From: Candidatus Marinacidobacterales bacterium
Lineage (GTDB): Bacteria; Acidobacteriota; Vicinamibacteria; Marinacidobacterales; DATDRI01
Assembly (NCBI GenBank): GCA_965219415.1
Contig: CBDCNP010000002.1
Span: 3,968,001 to 4,032,000, forward strand
DNA length: 64,000 nucleotides
Direction: 5' to 3'
Shown here piece by piece: positions 53,539-62,977 of this stretch. The position numbers and the translations under genes were made by a program. The notes below the pieces were generated by a model. It was not told the origin of the DNA. It saw only the letters and a program-made list of their open reading frames with translations, and made no database searches. The first letter of the stretch is position 1, and each line of letters starts with the position of its first letter.

Positions 53539-55170
53539 TTACGAACCCGGCCGACCCTTGATACTTCGGCGCAATACGCGGCCCGGTTTCGCTCCGGTGT
53601 GCTGCCCTTCCTCGACCACCGCCTTCCCGTTCACGAGGACATAGTGGATCCCGGTTGGATAGTGGAGCGGGTCTTCGAAGGTCGCGACGTCGGAAGCCGA
53701 CTGCGCGTCGAAGATGACGATATCGGCCTTCTTTCCAACCGCGATCTGTCCTCGGTCCACCAAGCCCAAGCGACGGGCTCCGTGCAGGGTCATCTTGTAA
53801 ACCGCCTCCTCGAGCGAAAGGGCCCCTCCTTCTCGTACGTACTTCCGGAGTATTCGAGGGAAAGTCCCGAGAGAGCGGGGATGGGTCCTCGTTCCGCTAA
53901 AGCTCTCGAGCGTGATGGACGACCCGTCCGAACCGATGTGAACCCAGGGAAGCTGAAGCGCCTTAGCCAGATTCTCTTCGGTGTTGTTGAGCGTCATGGA
54001 GTAAGCGCTTCCTTCTCCTTCCAAGACGACGTCCATAACCACCACCGCCGGCTCGACGCCCCGTTCGGAGGCGATCTCGGCGACGGTCTTGCCATTGACC
54101 GATTCATCGGCGGAGCCGATCATCATTCTCTCCCACCGTGATGGGTCGCCGCCTCCGAGTTCCCGACCGATGCGCCGACGCATTGTCTCGTTTCGCAATC
54201 GCTCGAGCAACTTCTCGACGCCGCCTTCTTGCGCCCATGCTGGAAGTCGTCCTCGCAGTCCCCCCATCCCCCGGAGGTAGGGGTAGACGTTAGCGGTGAT
54301 GTCCAAACCGTATTTACGAGCCTGGTCGACGGTTCGGGCAAACTCATCGTAGTTCTCGCGTGCCGACGAGTTCAGGTGCATGATCTCCACTGGTATCTTG
54401 GCTTCTCGAGCGATACGGATGGCCTCCTGGAGGCCTCGAAGAGGCTCTTCTCCCGTTTCGCGAAGGTGGATTCCGTAGAAGCCTCCATAGTCTGCTGCCA
54501 CTTTTGCCAGCGCGATTAACTCTTCGGTCTCGGCGAATATGTTGGGGACGTAGGAAAGCCCTGACGAGAGCCCGACCGCCCCTTGCTCCATCGCTTCGTC
54601 GACTAGGCGTTTCATCTGCTCGAGCTCGCTCTCGGTTGGTGGGCGGTCTTCATACCCCATGACGCAAGCCCGCACCTGGCCGGAGCCGACGAAGGACGCT
54701 ACGTTGGTAGCGATCCCCTGCTCTTCGAGCAATTCGAAGTAGCCACCGAGTGTCGTCCAGTTTGGTAGGGTTTGGTGATCTCGCTCTTCGTCTGCACTCA
54801 GCCATCGCCGATCCGCTTTGCCCTGAATCGGACCGGCAGAAGACTGCTCGCCGAGAAGCTGGGTCGTGACACCCTGCAGGACGAAACTGGCGGCCCGCCC
54901 GTCTAGGACCAACGCCCGCTCGGAATGAGCGTGCATGTCGATGAAGCCAGGTGAGACAACGAGTCCTCGGGCATCGATGATGCGATCGGCCGAGCCTTCG
55001 ACATCCGGGCCCATCGCCACGATGGTGTCCCCGCGGATGGCAATGCGGAACTCTACCCCAGGCTGCCCCGTTCCGTCGATCACGTCGCCGTTGATGATGA
55101 GGATGTCGTACTCCTCGATAGGGAGTGACCCGAGGACCGCGAAGGCGGCCAAGCATGCGATCGCTTTCAT
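53539..55170 (-). CDS. N-acyl-D-amino-acid deacylase family protein
   Basis: PGFIDMHAHS, GLSSGL.Y.P, HLR, GSDG and HPRSLGTFPR motifs. Start set at MKAIACL. Confidence 0.9.
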   Translation of the reverse strand: MKAIACLAAFAVLGSLPIEEYDILIINGDVIDGTGQPGVEFRIAIRGDTIVAMGPDVEGSADRIIDARGLVVSPGFIDMHAHSERALVLDGRAASFVLQGVTTQLLGEQSSAGPIQGKADRRWLSADEERDHQTLPNWTTLGGYFELLEEQGIATNVASFVGSGQVRACVMGYEDRPPTESELEQMKRLVDEAMEQGAVGLSSGLSYVPNIFAETEELIALAKVAADYGGFYGIHLRETGEEPLRGLQEAIRIAREAKIPVEIMHLNSSARENYDEFARTVDQARKYGLDITANVYPYLRGMGGLRGRLPAWAQEGGVEKLLERLRNETMRRRIGRELGGGDPSRWERMMIGSADESVNGKTVAEIASERGVEPAVVVMDVVLEGEGSAYSMTLNNTEENLAKALQLPWVHIGSDGSSITLESFSGTRTHPRSLGTFPRILRKYVREGGALSLEEAVYKMTLHGARRLGLVDRGQIAVGKKADIVIFDAQSASDVATFEDPLHYPTGIHYVLVNGKAVVEEGQHTGAKPGRVLRRSIKGRPGS

Positions 55171-55353
55171 CAGAATCCCAGACGGGTTCGTCGAATACGA
55201 GTTCACGATTCTAGTACCAAAAAACGCCGGTCGCCAACGCTGAATGTAGTGTCCGTGGCCGGCACTGGCTCCCGTACAGGCGGCGATGCTAGAGTGGAAT
55301 GCCGAACTCTGGGTTCCCAAGGCGCAATAATTAGGATTTGAGGAGGCGAAACC

Positions 55354-56739
55354 GTGAAGAAAACAATCCTTCTTTTTGCCTTGATTTTTCCTTGTTTTTC
55401 CGCCTTTGTCCGTTCTGCGCAGAGCTCCAACCAGCTCGGGACCAAGGACCCTCAGAACCTGTTCGAAACGATCGACGAGAATAGACAGCGACATATCTCT
55501 TTCCTGAGGAGGCTGGTTGAGTCCACAAAAGAAGGCGAAGAGCGGGTTCAACGAGTCGTAGCTGAGAGATTCAAGGAACTCGGTTGCAAGGTTGATGTTC
55601 TGAGGGTGGTCCCAACGAGCCTTGACCTGAAGAATCAGTTTGCATCGTCGGACGTTATCGATTCGACCGAACGCGTGACCGTAGTCTGCACCATCCAAGG
55701 TTCAGGTGAAGGCAGAAGTCTCCTGTTTTTCGCTCACCCCGATAGTCAGCCGGTGACTTCGACGCCTCGAGACGGGACTCGTGATCCATTCAAGGCGACC
55801 ATCGTAGGCGATAAGATCTTCGGATGGGGTGTAGCAGACGACCTGGCAGGTGTTGCCATCATGGCCGAGGCCGTCGACGCAGTACGAACTGCGGGATTAC
55901 ATCCTCGAGGAGACGTGATTCTGGGTAGCACCGCGAGCAAGAGAAATGCACGCGGTATCATAGCCCTGCTGAACAAGGGCTACCATGCGGATGCCAGCAT
56001 TTACGTTCACCCCGCTGAGTCGGGCGTAGGATTGAACGAAATCAAAGCTTACGCCTCTGGCATGCTCAGATTCCGAATCAGAATCACTGGCCAACAGCCC
56101 AACACCACTGAGCCGGATCAGACGGCGTTCGCCCACCTTGGAACGAGTCCCATCGATAAGGCGAATTTGATCATACAGGCCTTGGAGAGACTCGACGCCA
56201 GGCGTGGCGAAAGAATCCACCATGAGGCTATAGATGCAGCCGTTGGGAGATCGACTAACCTCCTAATTGGGCATATTAGTTGCGGAAACGCCAAACGTAT
56301 CTACCAGATGCCGAACGACTGCGTGATTAGTGCGAGCATAACATTCCCAACGAATGAAGAGCTCAGCGCGGTCAGGAAAGCCGTTCAGAGCGCCGTTGTC
56401 GAGGCGGCCAACACCGACCCCTGGCTTGCTCAGCACCCGCCATCAATAGACTGGCTTTTCGGCACCCCAGGGGTGGAGGTACCCATCGACCATCCGCTGT
56501 ACCAGACGGTTAGTGACGCCATTCGAGCCGTCACGGGCGAGGCGCCTCACCTCAATCCACTCCACTCCGCAAGCGATATTCGAAACCCGATTCTATTCAG
56601 TGGCATCCCTACTGTGGGTATTGGTCCGCTTGGGGGAGGCTTGAGCGTGACAGGAGGAGAAAACGAGTGGGTTGATCTCGAGGACTACATTACCGCGATC
56701 AAGGTAGGTGCAAGAGTCATCGCAGACTGGTGTCGGTAA
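55354..56739 (+). CDS. M20/ArgE-like exported protein with atypical active-site residues
   Basis: GRSLLFFAHPD, FGWGVADD, H.G and GIPTV..GP motifs. Confidence 0.75.
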   Translation: MKKTILLFALIFPCFSAFVRSAQSSNQLGTKDPQNLFETIDENRQRHISFLRRLVESTKEGEERVQRVVAERFKELGCKVDVLRVVPTSLDLKNQFASSDVIDSTERVTVVCTIQGSGEGRSLLFFAHPDSQPVTSTPRDGTRDPFKATIVGDKIFGWGVADDLAGVAIMAEAVDAVRTAGLHPRGDVILGSTASKRNARGIIALLNKGYHADASIYVHPAESGVGLNEIKAYASGMLRFRIRITGQQPNTTEPDQTAFAHLGTSPIDKANLIIQALERLDARRGERIHHEAIDAAVGRSTNLLIGHISCGNAKRIYQMPNDCVISASITFPTNEELSAVRKAVQSAVVEAANTDPWLAQHPPSIDWLFGTPGVEVPIDHPLYQTVSDAIRAVTGEAPHLNPLHSASDIRNPILFSGIPTVGIGPLGGGLSVTGGENEWVDLEDYITAIKVGARVIADWCR

Positions 56740-56817
56740 GCTCTCACGATCACGATCGAATAAAGCCAACAAAATACGTCTATTGGCCCCTTTTGTCCCT
56801 CCCTTTCCGTATTTTTG

Positions 56818-56845
56818 TTGACATGTCGAAAAACTGATCTATCCT
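56818..56845 (+). promoter_or_regulatory. Putative sigma70 promoter (TTGACA-N16-TATCCT)
   Basis: Near-consensus hexamers with a T-rich upstream tract, about 170 bp before the DUF885 gene. Confidence 0.5.
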
Positions 56846-57018
56846 ACCTTGCCCAACGGCGCGGTGTGTTCCAGTCCACGGGTCCCCGCCAGGCCCGGCG
56901 TTCATATTCCTCTGTGCGTTGATGAACTTCCTCCGGTAAACGACTTCGGAACGGCTGGTTCGTCCCGCCCTCGGCGTTTCGAATCAACGGCTCTCGAACC
57001 CTGTCTTGGAGGGATGTC

Positions 57019-58713
57019 ATGAAACACTTACAAGTATCAAAAATCGCGATCGGCCTGCTTGGTGTGTGCCTCCCCCTCGCTGCCCAAGGGACATCACAAA
57101 GCGGTTACCAAAAGTTGGTCGCCCTCGACAAAGACTTCCTGGAGCTTCAGAAACCCAAGCAAGTCGACGGCATCCCGGACTACAGTCTCGACGCGATGAA
57201 GGCCCAGAAGAACGGCTTGGACAATGTTCGCCAACGTCTGGCGGCCATCGACGTCAACCCCTGGCCGATTAATCAAAAGGTGGACTATCTGCTGGTGTGG
57301 GCCAGGCTCAACGAGCTCGACTTCGCCCACCGCGTGATGCGACCTTGGGCCCGAGATCCGAACCTCTACCTCGACCTGGTGAGCCGATTGGCCTATATCG
57401 AGGTACCCGTCCCCGAAGGCCAAGCGGCTCCGGCGGGCCCGAGAAAGCTTCATCCGGTTGTTCCGCGCATGTCCAAGGCCGAGTTCCGCAAAAAGTTACA
57501 AGCGGTGCCCAAGATCATGGCCGAGGCCCAGACCAACCTGACGGTTCCGGTTGGAGAGCTCGCCCATACCACACTTTTCCATCTAGAGAGTTTCGACGGT
57601 GTGGGAGCGCGGGAGCCCTACCGCGATGAGCCGCCCGATGGCACCATCGGTTGGTACCAGGACTTGTGTGAGCGACTATCGCGGCACCAATCGGACCTCG
57701 TCGCCGATTGCGAAAACGCCCTGAATGCCCTCGAAGGCTATCGGGATTGGCTCAAGGCGAAGGTCGACGAGATGCCCCAGTCGGCCGCCATCGGAATTGA
57801 TAATTTCAACTGGTACCTCAAGTACGTCCGCCTCGTACCTTTCACGGTGGACGATCTCAAAGCCCACGGTGAGCGGGAGCTCCAGCGCTACCGCATTAGT
57901 TACATCATTGAGCGGAACAAGAATCGCAACTTACCCGAGCTTAAACTGACGCAGTCCAGAGAAGAGCACGAGGAGCGGACACGGAAAGCGGAGCAGAAGA
58001 TTCGAGCTCTTATCGCCTGGCAGGAGCTCTTGACCATCCCAGACTATATGCCCGCCGAGTTCGAAACCGACGTGTTCTGGAGCCCGAGAGCGCCGATCAA
58101 ACGGCACTTCTGGGAGGAGATTCAGTTCCGGAATGCGCTCAACAATCACATTCACGCGTCCATCCCCGGACACCGCTTCGACGTAAGGCTCCGGGACCAC
58201 CTCGACAGCCCGATCCGTCGTACCTACAATGACTGGAATCGCAGGCAAGGATGGGCGGTGTATCTCGAGGAGATGTTCGTACTGGCCGGTCTCACCGATG
58301 ACAACCCTCGCGCCGCCGAGCTCTTCTACGCTGCCCTCATGAAACGGGCAAGCCGGATCTTCGCAGAGACGAAAATGCACAGCGGCGAGTTCACGCTGGC
58401 CGAGGCCAATCAGTTGATGATTGACTCCGTTCCCTTCATGGAAGAGGACCTAGGGCGTTACGACCTGGAGGGTTATCTACGCCGCCCCGGCGGGGGGAGC
58501 AGCTACCAGATTGGGAAAATACAAGTCGAGCAATTAATGTTCGATCGGGCAAGGCAGCTGGGAGATGAGTTCAATCTGAAGGCCTTCCATGACGAATTTC
58601 TGTCTAAGGGCATCATCCCGGTAACCTTGATTCGCTGGGAAATGACCGGTTTGGACGATGAGGTAAAGCCGCTGTGGGCAGAAGCGGTTGGGCCGCAACC
58701 GTCAGAAGATTAG
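57019..58713 (+). CDS. DUF885-like exported protein; paralog of 22555-24204
   Basis: Shares KVDYLLVWA, FDGVG.REP, RHFWEE.QFRNA.NNH.HASIPGHRFD and IPVTLIRWEMTG with 22555-24204. Confidence 0.75.
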   Translation: MKHLQVSKIAIGLLGVCLPLAAQGTSQSGYQKLVALDKDFLELQKPKQVDGIPDYSLDAMKAQKNGLDNVRQRLAAIDVNPWPINQKVDYLLVWARLNELDFAHRVMRPWARDPNLYLDLVSRLAYIEVPVPEGQAAPAGPRKLHPVVPRMSKAEFRKKLQAVPKIMAEAQTNLTVPVGELAHTTLFHLESFDGVGAREPYRDEPPDGTIGWYQDLCERLSRHQSDLVADCENALNALEGYRDWLKAKVDEMPQSAAIGIDNFNWYLKYVRLVPFTVDDLKAHGERELQRYRISYIIERNKNRNLPELKLTQSREEHEERTRKAEQKIRALIAWQELLTIPDYMPAEFETDVFWSPRAPIKRHFWEEIQFRNALNNHIHASIPGHRFDVRLRDHLDSPIRRTYNDWNRRQGWAVYLEEMFVLAGLTDDNPRAAELFYAALMKRASRIFAETKMHSGEFTLAEANQLMIDSVPFMEEDLGRYDLEGYLRRPGGGSSYQIGKIQVEQLMFDRARQLGDEFNLKAFHDEFLSKGIIPVTLIRWEMTGLDDEVKPLWAEAVGPQPSED

Positions 58714-58724
58714 GCTCCAACTAG
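58153..58724 (+). repeat. 572-bp direct repeat, copy 1
   Basis: Matches 60561-61132 apart from one difference seen at the 9th base. Confidence 0.95.
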
Positions 58725-59196
58725 AACGTTTTTATGATCTTTTTTAGAAAGGTAAATCTAATCTAATACTGAACTTGACATAGGCCATCTATAGATTTTA
58801 TGCGCTTATAGCCTGGGGCTTTTGTGACCATATTAGGCTCACTGATATTTTCAGCAGAAGGATGGTTTCGCCAGATATCATTCTGATCAACCGTTAAGCA
58901 TAAGTACTGCCTAAGGCATTATATATGTCGATAAAAGCGCCCAGCTTTCCGGAGTCTCCAATCCCTTCGGGTCGCAGCCATACATGAGTTGAGTAAGCAT
59001 GTCGCTCTTGCTCCCGAATGCGCCGAAAAGAAGGCTGTCGTTCGTGGACCACCATTCAAACTCTCAACCTATAAGAAAAGACATGGGAAAAGACAAAGAA
59101 ACTTAGACAACTTTTAAAAAATCCCCGGTTCTTAAAAACGTCGTTTTTCAACGTCGGTTCTTAAGGAAAAATATTCTTTTAAAAAGGAAGATATTA

Positions 59197-60399
59197 ATGA
59201 AAAAAAGATTTAAGGCGTTACTAAACCTCCGATTATTCCCTTTCCTCATCATGCTTATGGCCATAGCGCTTATAAGTAGCTCCCCATCAGAACCTGATCC
59301 GTTCGATGTTAGTATTACCCATGTCCCTTCGGTTAACTATGCTGCCCCACAAGGAATCTACCTGGAGCCGGAATCTTCTAAATGGGCATATCCCACAAGT
59401 CCATATGCTTACACTCAAAGTCTTATCTGGTTCCTCCACTTGGTTTTCGAGTCACAGGAAGACGATACTCTTAGTTTCGAAGAGGTAGAAGCCTTATTTA
59501 AACGTGAGGGTGAAGTCCTTTGGAAAGAAACATTCTCCAGGGAATACCTCAGGCGGATGGAATGGATAAAGGGTGCTTTCGAGATGACTACCGAATATTT
59601 CTTAACGAAAATCAATATGGGGGAAGACATGATATCACGTGAAAAGGATATCACGTCGGAACTTCCTGCTGGAGAAACAATATCCTGGGTACGCATACCC
59701 TTTGCTCGTCCCTGGTTTGCACAGATTGACCGCATCGACATGAGATTCAAAGTTCGCGATTCTAAGGGTAATTCGGGTGTGCTTTCACATTCAATACCGA
59801 TTACCAATTATAAGCAAAAGGTAAAGCTGCGACTTCCATTCTCTGGCGTTTGGCAAGTAAGGGCCGGAAATGATCTGACCGCCGGTCATCGCCGGACCGG
59901 CTTGAACGGTTTAAGTACAACCGGCTGGGATTTTATGAAGGTTGATCCACCTGCCGATCCCGGCTATAGGGAGCCGATACTGGCAGCGGGCGATGGAGTG
60001 GTAGTGGATGTACGGAATGACATTACGAGAGTGGGTATGGAGAAACCGTACGAACCTGAATTCTTGAAAAAAGATACCGACCGTTTTATTGACTCTTTTG
60101 TCTCCATAGATCATGGGAATGGTGAGTATTCTTTGTACGCTCATCTAGATAAAGGTGGCATAGTGGTAAAAGTAGGAGACAAAGTAAAGGCAGGCCAAGT
60201 TATTGCCCGGGAGCGTTTGACTGAACATGGCTATCTCGGGTTGCATTTTAATCTGATGACGAAAGGGGAGTGGATCGAAGGGAAAGGACTACCAGCCATG
60301 TTTAGCGACTTCGAACGACTCCGGGCGGGCAAAGTTCCTGTGTATAAGATAAAGCTTGGAAACCCTATGTCGCAATGGTACGTCCGTCACATCGAGTAA
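59197..60399 (+). CDS. Exported M23 family peptidase-like protein in an AT-rich insert
   Basis: LPFSG.W, PILAAGDGVVV, YSLYAHL, VKVGDKVKAGQVI and LHF motifs. Confidence 0.8.
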   Translation: MKKRFKALLNLRLFPFLIMLMAIALISSSPSEPDPFDVSITHVPSVNYAAPQGIYLEPESSKWAYPTSPYAYTQSLIWFLHLVFESQEDDTLSFEEVEALFKREGEVLWKETFSREYLRRMEWIKGAFEMTTEYFLTKINMGEDMISREKDITSELPAGETISWVRIPFARPWFAQIDRIDMRFKVRDSKGNSGVLSHSIPITNYKQKVKLRLPFSGVWQVRAGNDLTAGHRRTGLNGLSTTGWDFMKVDPPADPGYREPILAAGDGVVVDVRNDITRVGMEKPYEPEFLKKDTDRFIDSFVSIDHGNGEYSLYAHLDKGGIVVKVGDKVKAGQVIARERLTEHGYLGLHFNLMTKGEWIEGKGLPAMFSDFERLRAGKVPVYKIKLGNPMSQWYVRHIE

Positions 60400-60560
60400 T
60401 AAAATCTAACAAAAAAGAAGAGAATGGGACGACGACATGCGACGCCTGATGGCGTCCTACGACAAGCTTGAGGAGAGAGGCGTTTGCATACCGATCAATG
60501 AAGACCTCTTTTAAGGACACGACACGCGCCCACCCCTTGTCGGCTGCGGTGGATGCAGAC

Positions 60561-61132
60561 CACGCGTCTATCCCCGGACACCGCTTCGACGTAAGGCTCC
60601 GGGACCACCTCGACAGCCCGATCCGTCGTACCTACAATGACTGGAATCGCAGGCAAGGATGGGCGGTGTATCTCGAGGAGATGTTCGTACTGGCCGGTCT
60701 CACCGATGACAACCCTCGCGCCGCCGAGCTCTTCTACGCTGCCCTCATGAAACGGGCAAGCCGGATCTTCGCAGAGACGAAAATGCACAGCGGCGAGTTC
60801 ACGCTGGCCGAGGCCAATCAGTTGATGATTGACTCCGTTCCCTTCATGGAAGAGGACCTAGGGCGTTACGACCTGGAGGGTTATCTACGCCGCCCCGGCG
60901 GGGGGAGCAGCTACCAGATTGGGAAAATACAAGTCGAGCAATTAATGTTCGATCGGGCAAGGCAGCTGGGAGATGAGTTCAATCTGAAGGCCTTCCATGA
61001 CGAATTTCTGTCTAAGGGCATCATCCCGGTAACCTTGATTCGCTGGGAAATGACCGGTTTGGACGATGAGGTAAAGCCGCTGTGGGCAGAAGCGGTTGGG
61101 CCGCAACCGTCAGAAGATTAGGCTCCAACTAG
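60561..61132 (+). pseudogene. Duplicated 3' third of the DUF885 gene (572-bp repeat, copy 2)
   Basis: Encodes the same HASIPGH...PQPSED* but has no native start. Confidence 0.9.
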
Positions 61133-61167
61133 GCTTGAGAATAATTCTATGACCGAGGGAGGTCATC

Positions 61168-62910
61168 ATGATTCGTATAGCGAAACCAATCATATTGACA
61201 CTAGGTATTGGGATCTGTGTTGGATGTGGTGAAGTAGGAGAAGATACTTCCGCGCAACAGGCGGGGTCGGATCTAATCATCCACAACGGGAAAATCGTGA
61301 CGGTGGACGAAAACTTCTCGATCGCTGAGGCAGTAGCTATAAAGGATGGTGTGTTCGTTGCCGTTGGAACCGACTCCGAAGTGCTCGCCATGGCTGGTCC
61401 GGAAACACGGCAGGTGGATCTAGAGGGTAGGACGATGCTGCCTGGGTTCAACGACACGCACAGTCATGTGGTGAAGATGGGCCTCAACCTCCCCGCGTCG
61501 ATCGATCTCACCTCGGTGGAGTCCATAGCCGACATTGGGGAGGTCGTTGCCGAGCGCGTGGCGAAGTCGGAGCCCGGCGAGTGGATCTTTAGTGAGGGTG
61601 GCTGGTGGCAGTTCATGCTGGCCGAGGGGCGTTTGCCGAACCGCCACGACCTTGACCCGGTATCGCCGGACAATCCGGTCGTCCTACGAGGGGGGCACTA
61701 CTGGATTGTCAATAGCTTGGCGCTGAAGCGTCTCGGCTACACGAAAGAGACACCGGATCCTCCGGGGGGAGAGATCTGGAAGGACGAGGACGGCGAGCCC
61801 ACCGGGTTTCTGCTGAAAGCTGCGCGCGACCCCTTGCGCCAATACGTCCCCAAGCTGACCCGCGAGCAGCAACTCGACGGCATTCGTCAGGCGCTTAGGC
61901 GTGTCAACAGCTGGGGGATGACGAGCTTTCGGGAGGCCGGGGGCACCATTGAGCAAGTCGAGTTGTTGCGGGAGCTGCATGACAACGGCGAGCTGACCGC
62001 CCGGGTGGATTGGTGCTACGACGTCGACCCAAACACGCCCGAAGCAGAGCTCGACGCTCTTTTCGAGGCGCTCGGCCCCCCCGGCCAGGAATGGGGTGAC
62101 GGGATGTTTCGGGCCGATGGTCTTGCTGAGATAGGCTTGGATGGCGCTGAGGAGTCAGCGTTTCTACGCAGTGCATACAAAGGCCGTCCTGACTTTTTTG
62201 GGGTGCAGGTCGTTTCTCAGGAACAGTTCAACCTGTTCGCGGCCGCGGCGGCTCGCCATGGCTGGCGTCCGGGCCCGCATGTGGTGGGCGATGCCGCTAT
62301 CGACCTAGCGCTCGATGCGTTTGAATACGCGAATGCCCAAACGTCTATTATCGGTAAGCGTTGGATGCTCGATCACGGCATACTGCTGCTGCCGGACCAT
62401 TATGACCGGGTCAAACAGCTCGAGTTGATCGTGAACGCGCAGCCCAGACACAACTACATTATCGGAGATAAGTTCACCGAGTTCTGGGGTAAGCAGCGAG
62501 CTGACATGTCCTATCGCTTCAGGGATTGGATTGATAACGGCATCATGGTCGCTCTCGGAGCGGACAGGCCCATTTCTGTTCGTTCAACCCCTTTGATGCA
62601 GATCGATATAGCGGTTACCCGGCAGACAGGCTGGGGGGGCGTCCTTGGCGCGGACCAAGGGATCTCCCGCGAGGAGGCTATCCGGGCGATAACGCACGCA
62701 TCGGCTTACACCTCTTTCGAGGAGGACAAGAAGGGCACGATCGAGCCGGGTAAGTACGCGGATCTTGTGCTCTTGGCGGAGGACATTCTCACCGTTCCGG
62801 CCGAGGATATCAACGACATTGAGGTTTTGGCGACGGTGCTTGCTGGAGAAACGGTCTACGGGTCGCTCACCGAGGAAAGCAAAAGCACACGAACAAGCAG
62901 TCTAAGGTGA
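61168..62910 (+). CDS. Amidohydrolase 3 (YtcJ-like), probable lipoprotein
   Basis: PGFNDTHSH, GEPTG, HVVGDAA and GTIEPGKYAD motifs; lipobox-like CVGC. Confidence 0.88.
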   Translation: MIRIAKPIILTLGIGICVGCGEVGEDTSAQQAGSDLIIHNGKIVTVDENFSIAEAVAIKDGVFVAVGTDSEVLAMAGPETRQVDLEGRTMLPGFNDTHSHVVKMGLNLPASIDLTSVESIADIGEVVAERVAKSEPGEWIFSEGGWWQFMLAEGRLPNRHDLDPVSPDNPVVLRGGHYWIVNSLALKRLGYTKETPDPPGGEIWKDEDGEPTGFLLKAARDPLRQYVPKLTREQQLDGIRQALRRVNSWGMTSFREAGGTIEQVELLRELHDNGELTARVDWCYDVDPNTPEAELDALFEALGPPGQEWGDGMFRADGLAEIGLDGAEESAFLRSAYKGRPDFFGVQVVSQEQFNLFAAAAARHGWRPGPHVVGDAAIDLALDAFEYANAQTSIIGKRWMLDHGILLLPDHYDRVKQLELIVNAQPRHNYIIGDKFTEFWGKQRADMSYRFRDWIDNGIMVALGADRPISVRSTPLMQIDIAVTRQTGWGGVLGADQGISREEAIRAITHASAYTSFEEDKKGTIEPGKYADLVLLAEDILTVPAEDINDIEVLATVLAGETVYGSLTEESKSTRTSSLR

Positions 62911-62977
62911 CCATGCTCGACTGCTAAATGCGTGCTGGCGCTTCGACGCTGACAGCCGTTTCGCCTAACTCTTTCGA

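Noticed and set aside
55171-55698. N-terminal extension of the D-aminoacylase ORF
   Set aside because: It overlaps the divergent M20 gene. The signal-like start is at 55170.
58725-60560. Integron cassette reading of the M23 insert (GTTAAGC near 58893, ATCTAAC just after the stop)
   Set aside because: I could not pair complementary core sites into an attC palindrome, and there is no integrase in the window.
60468-61121. 217-aa ORF as an independent gene
   Set aside because: It is a chance open frame running into the duplicated DUF885 3' end.
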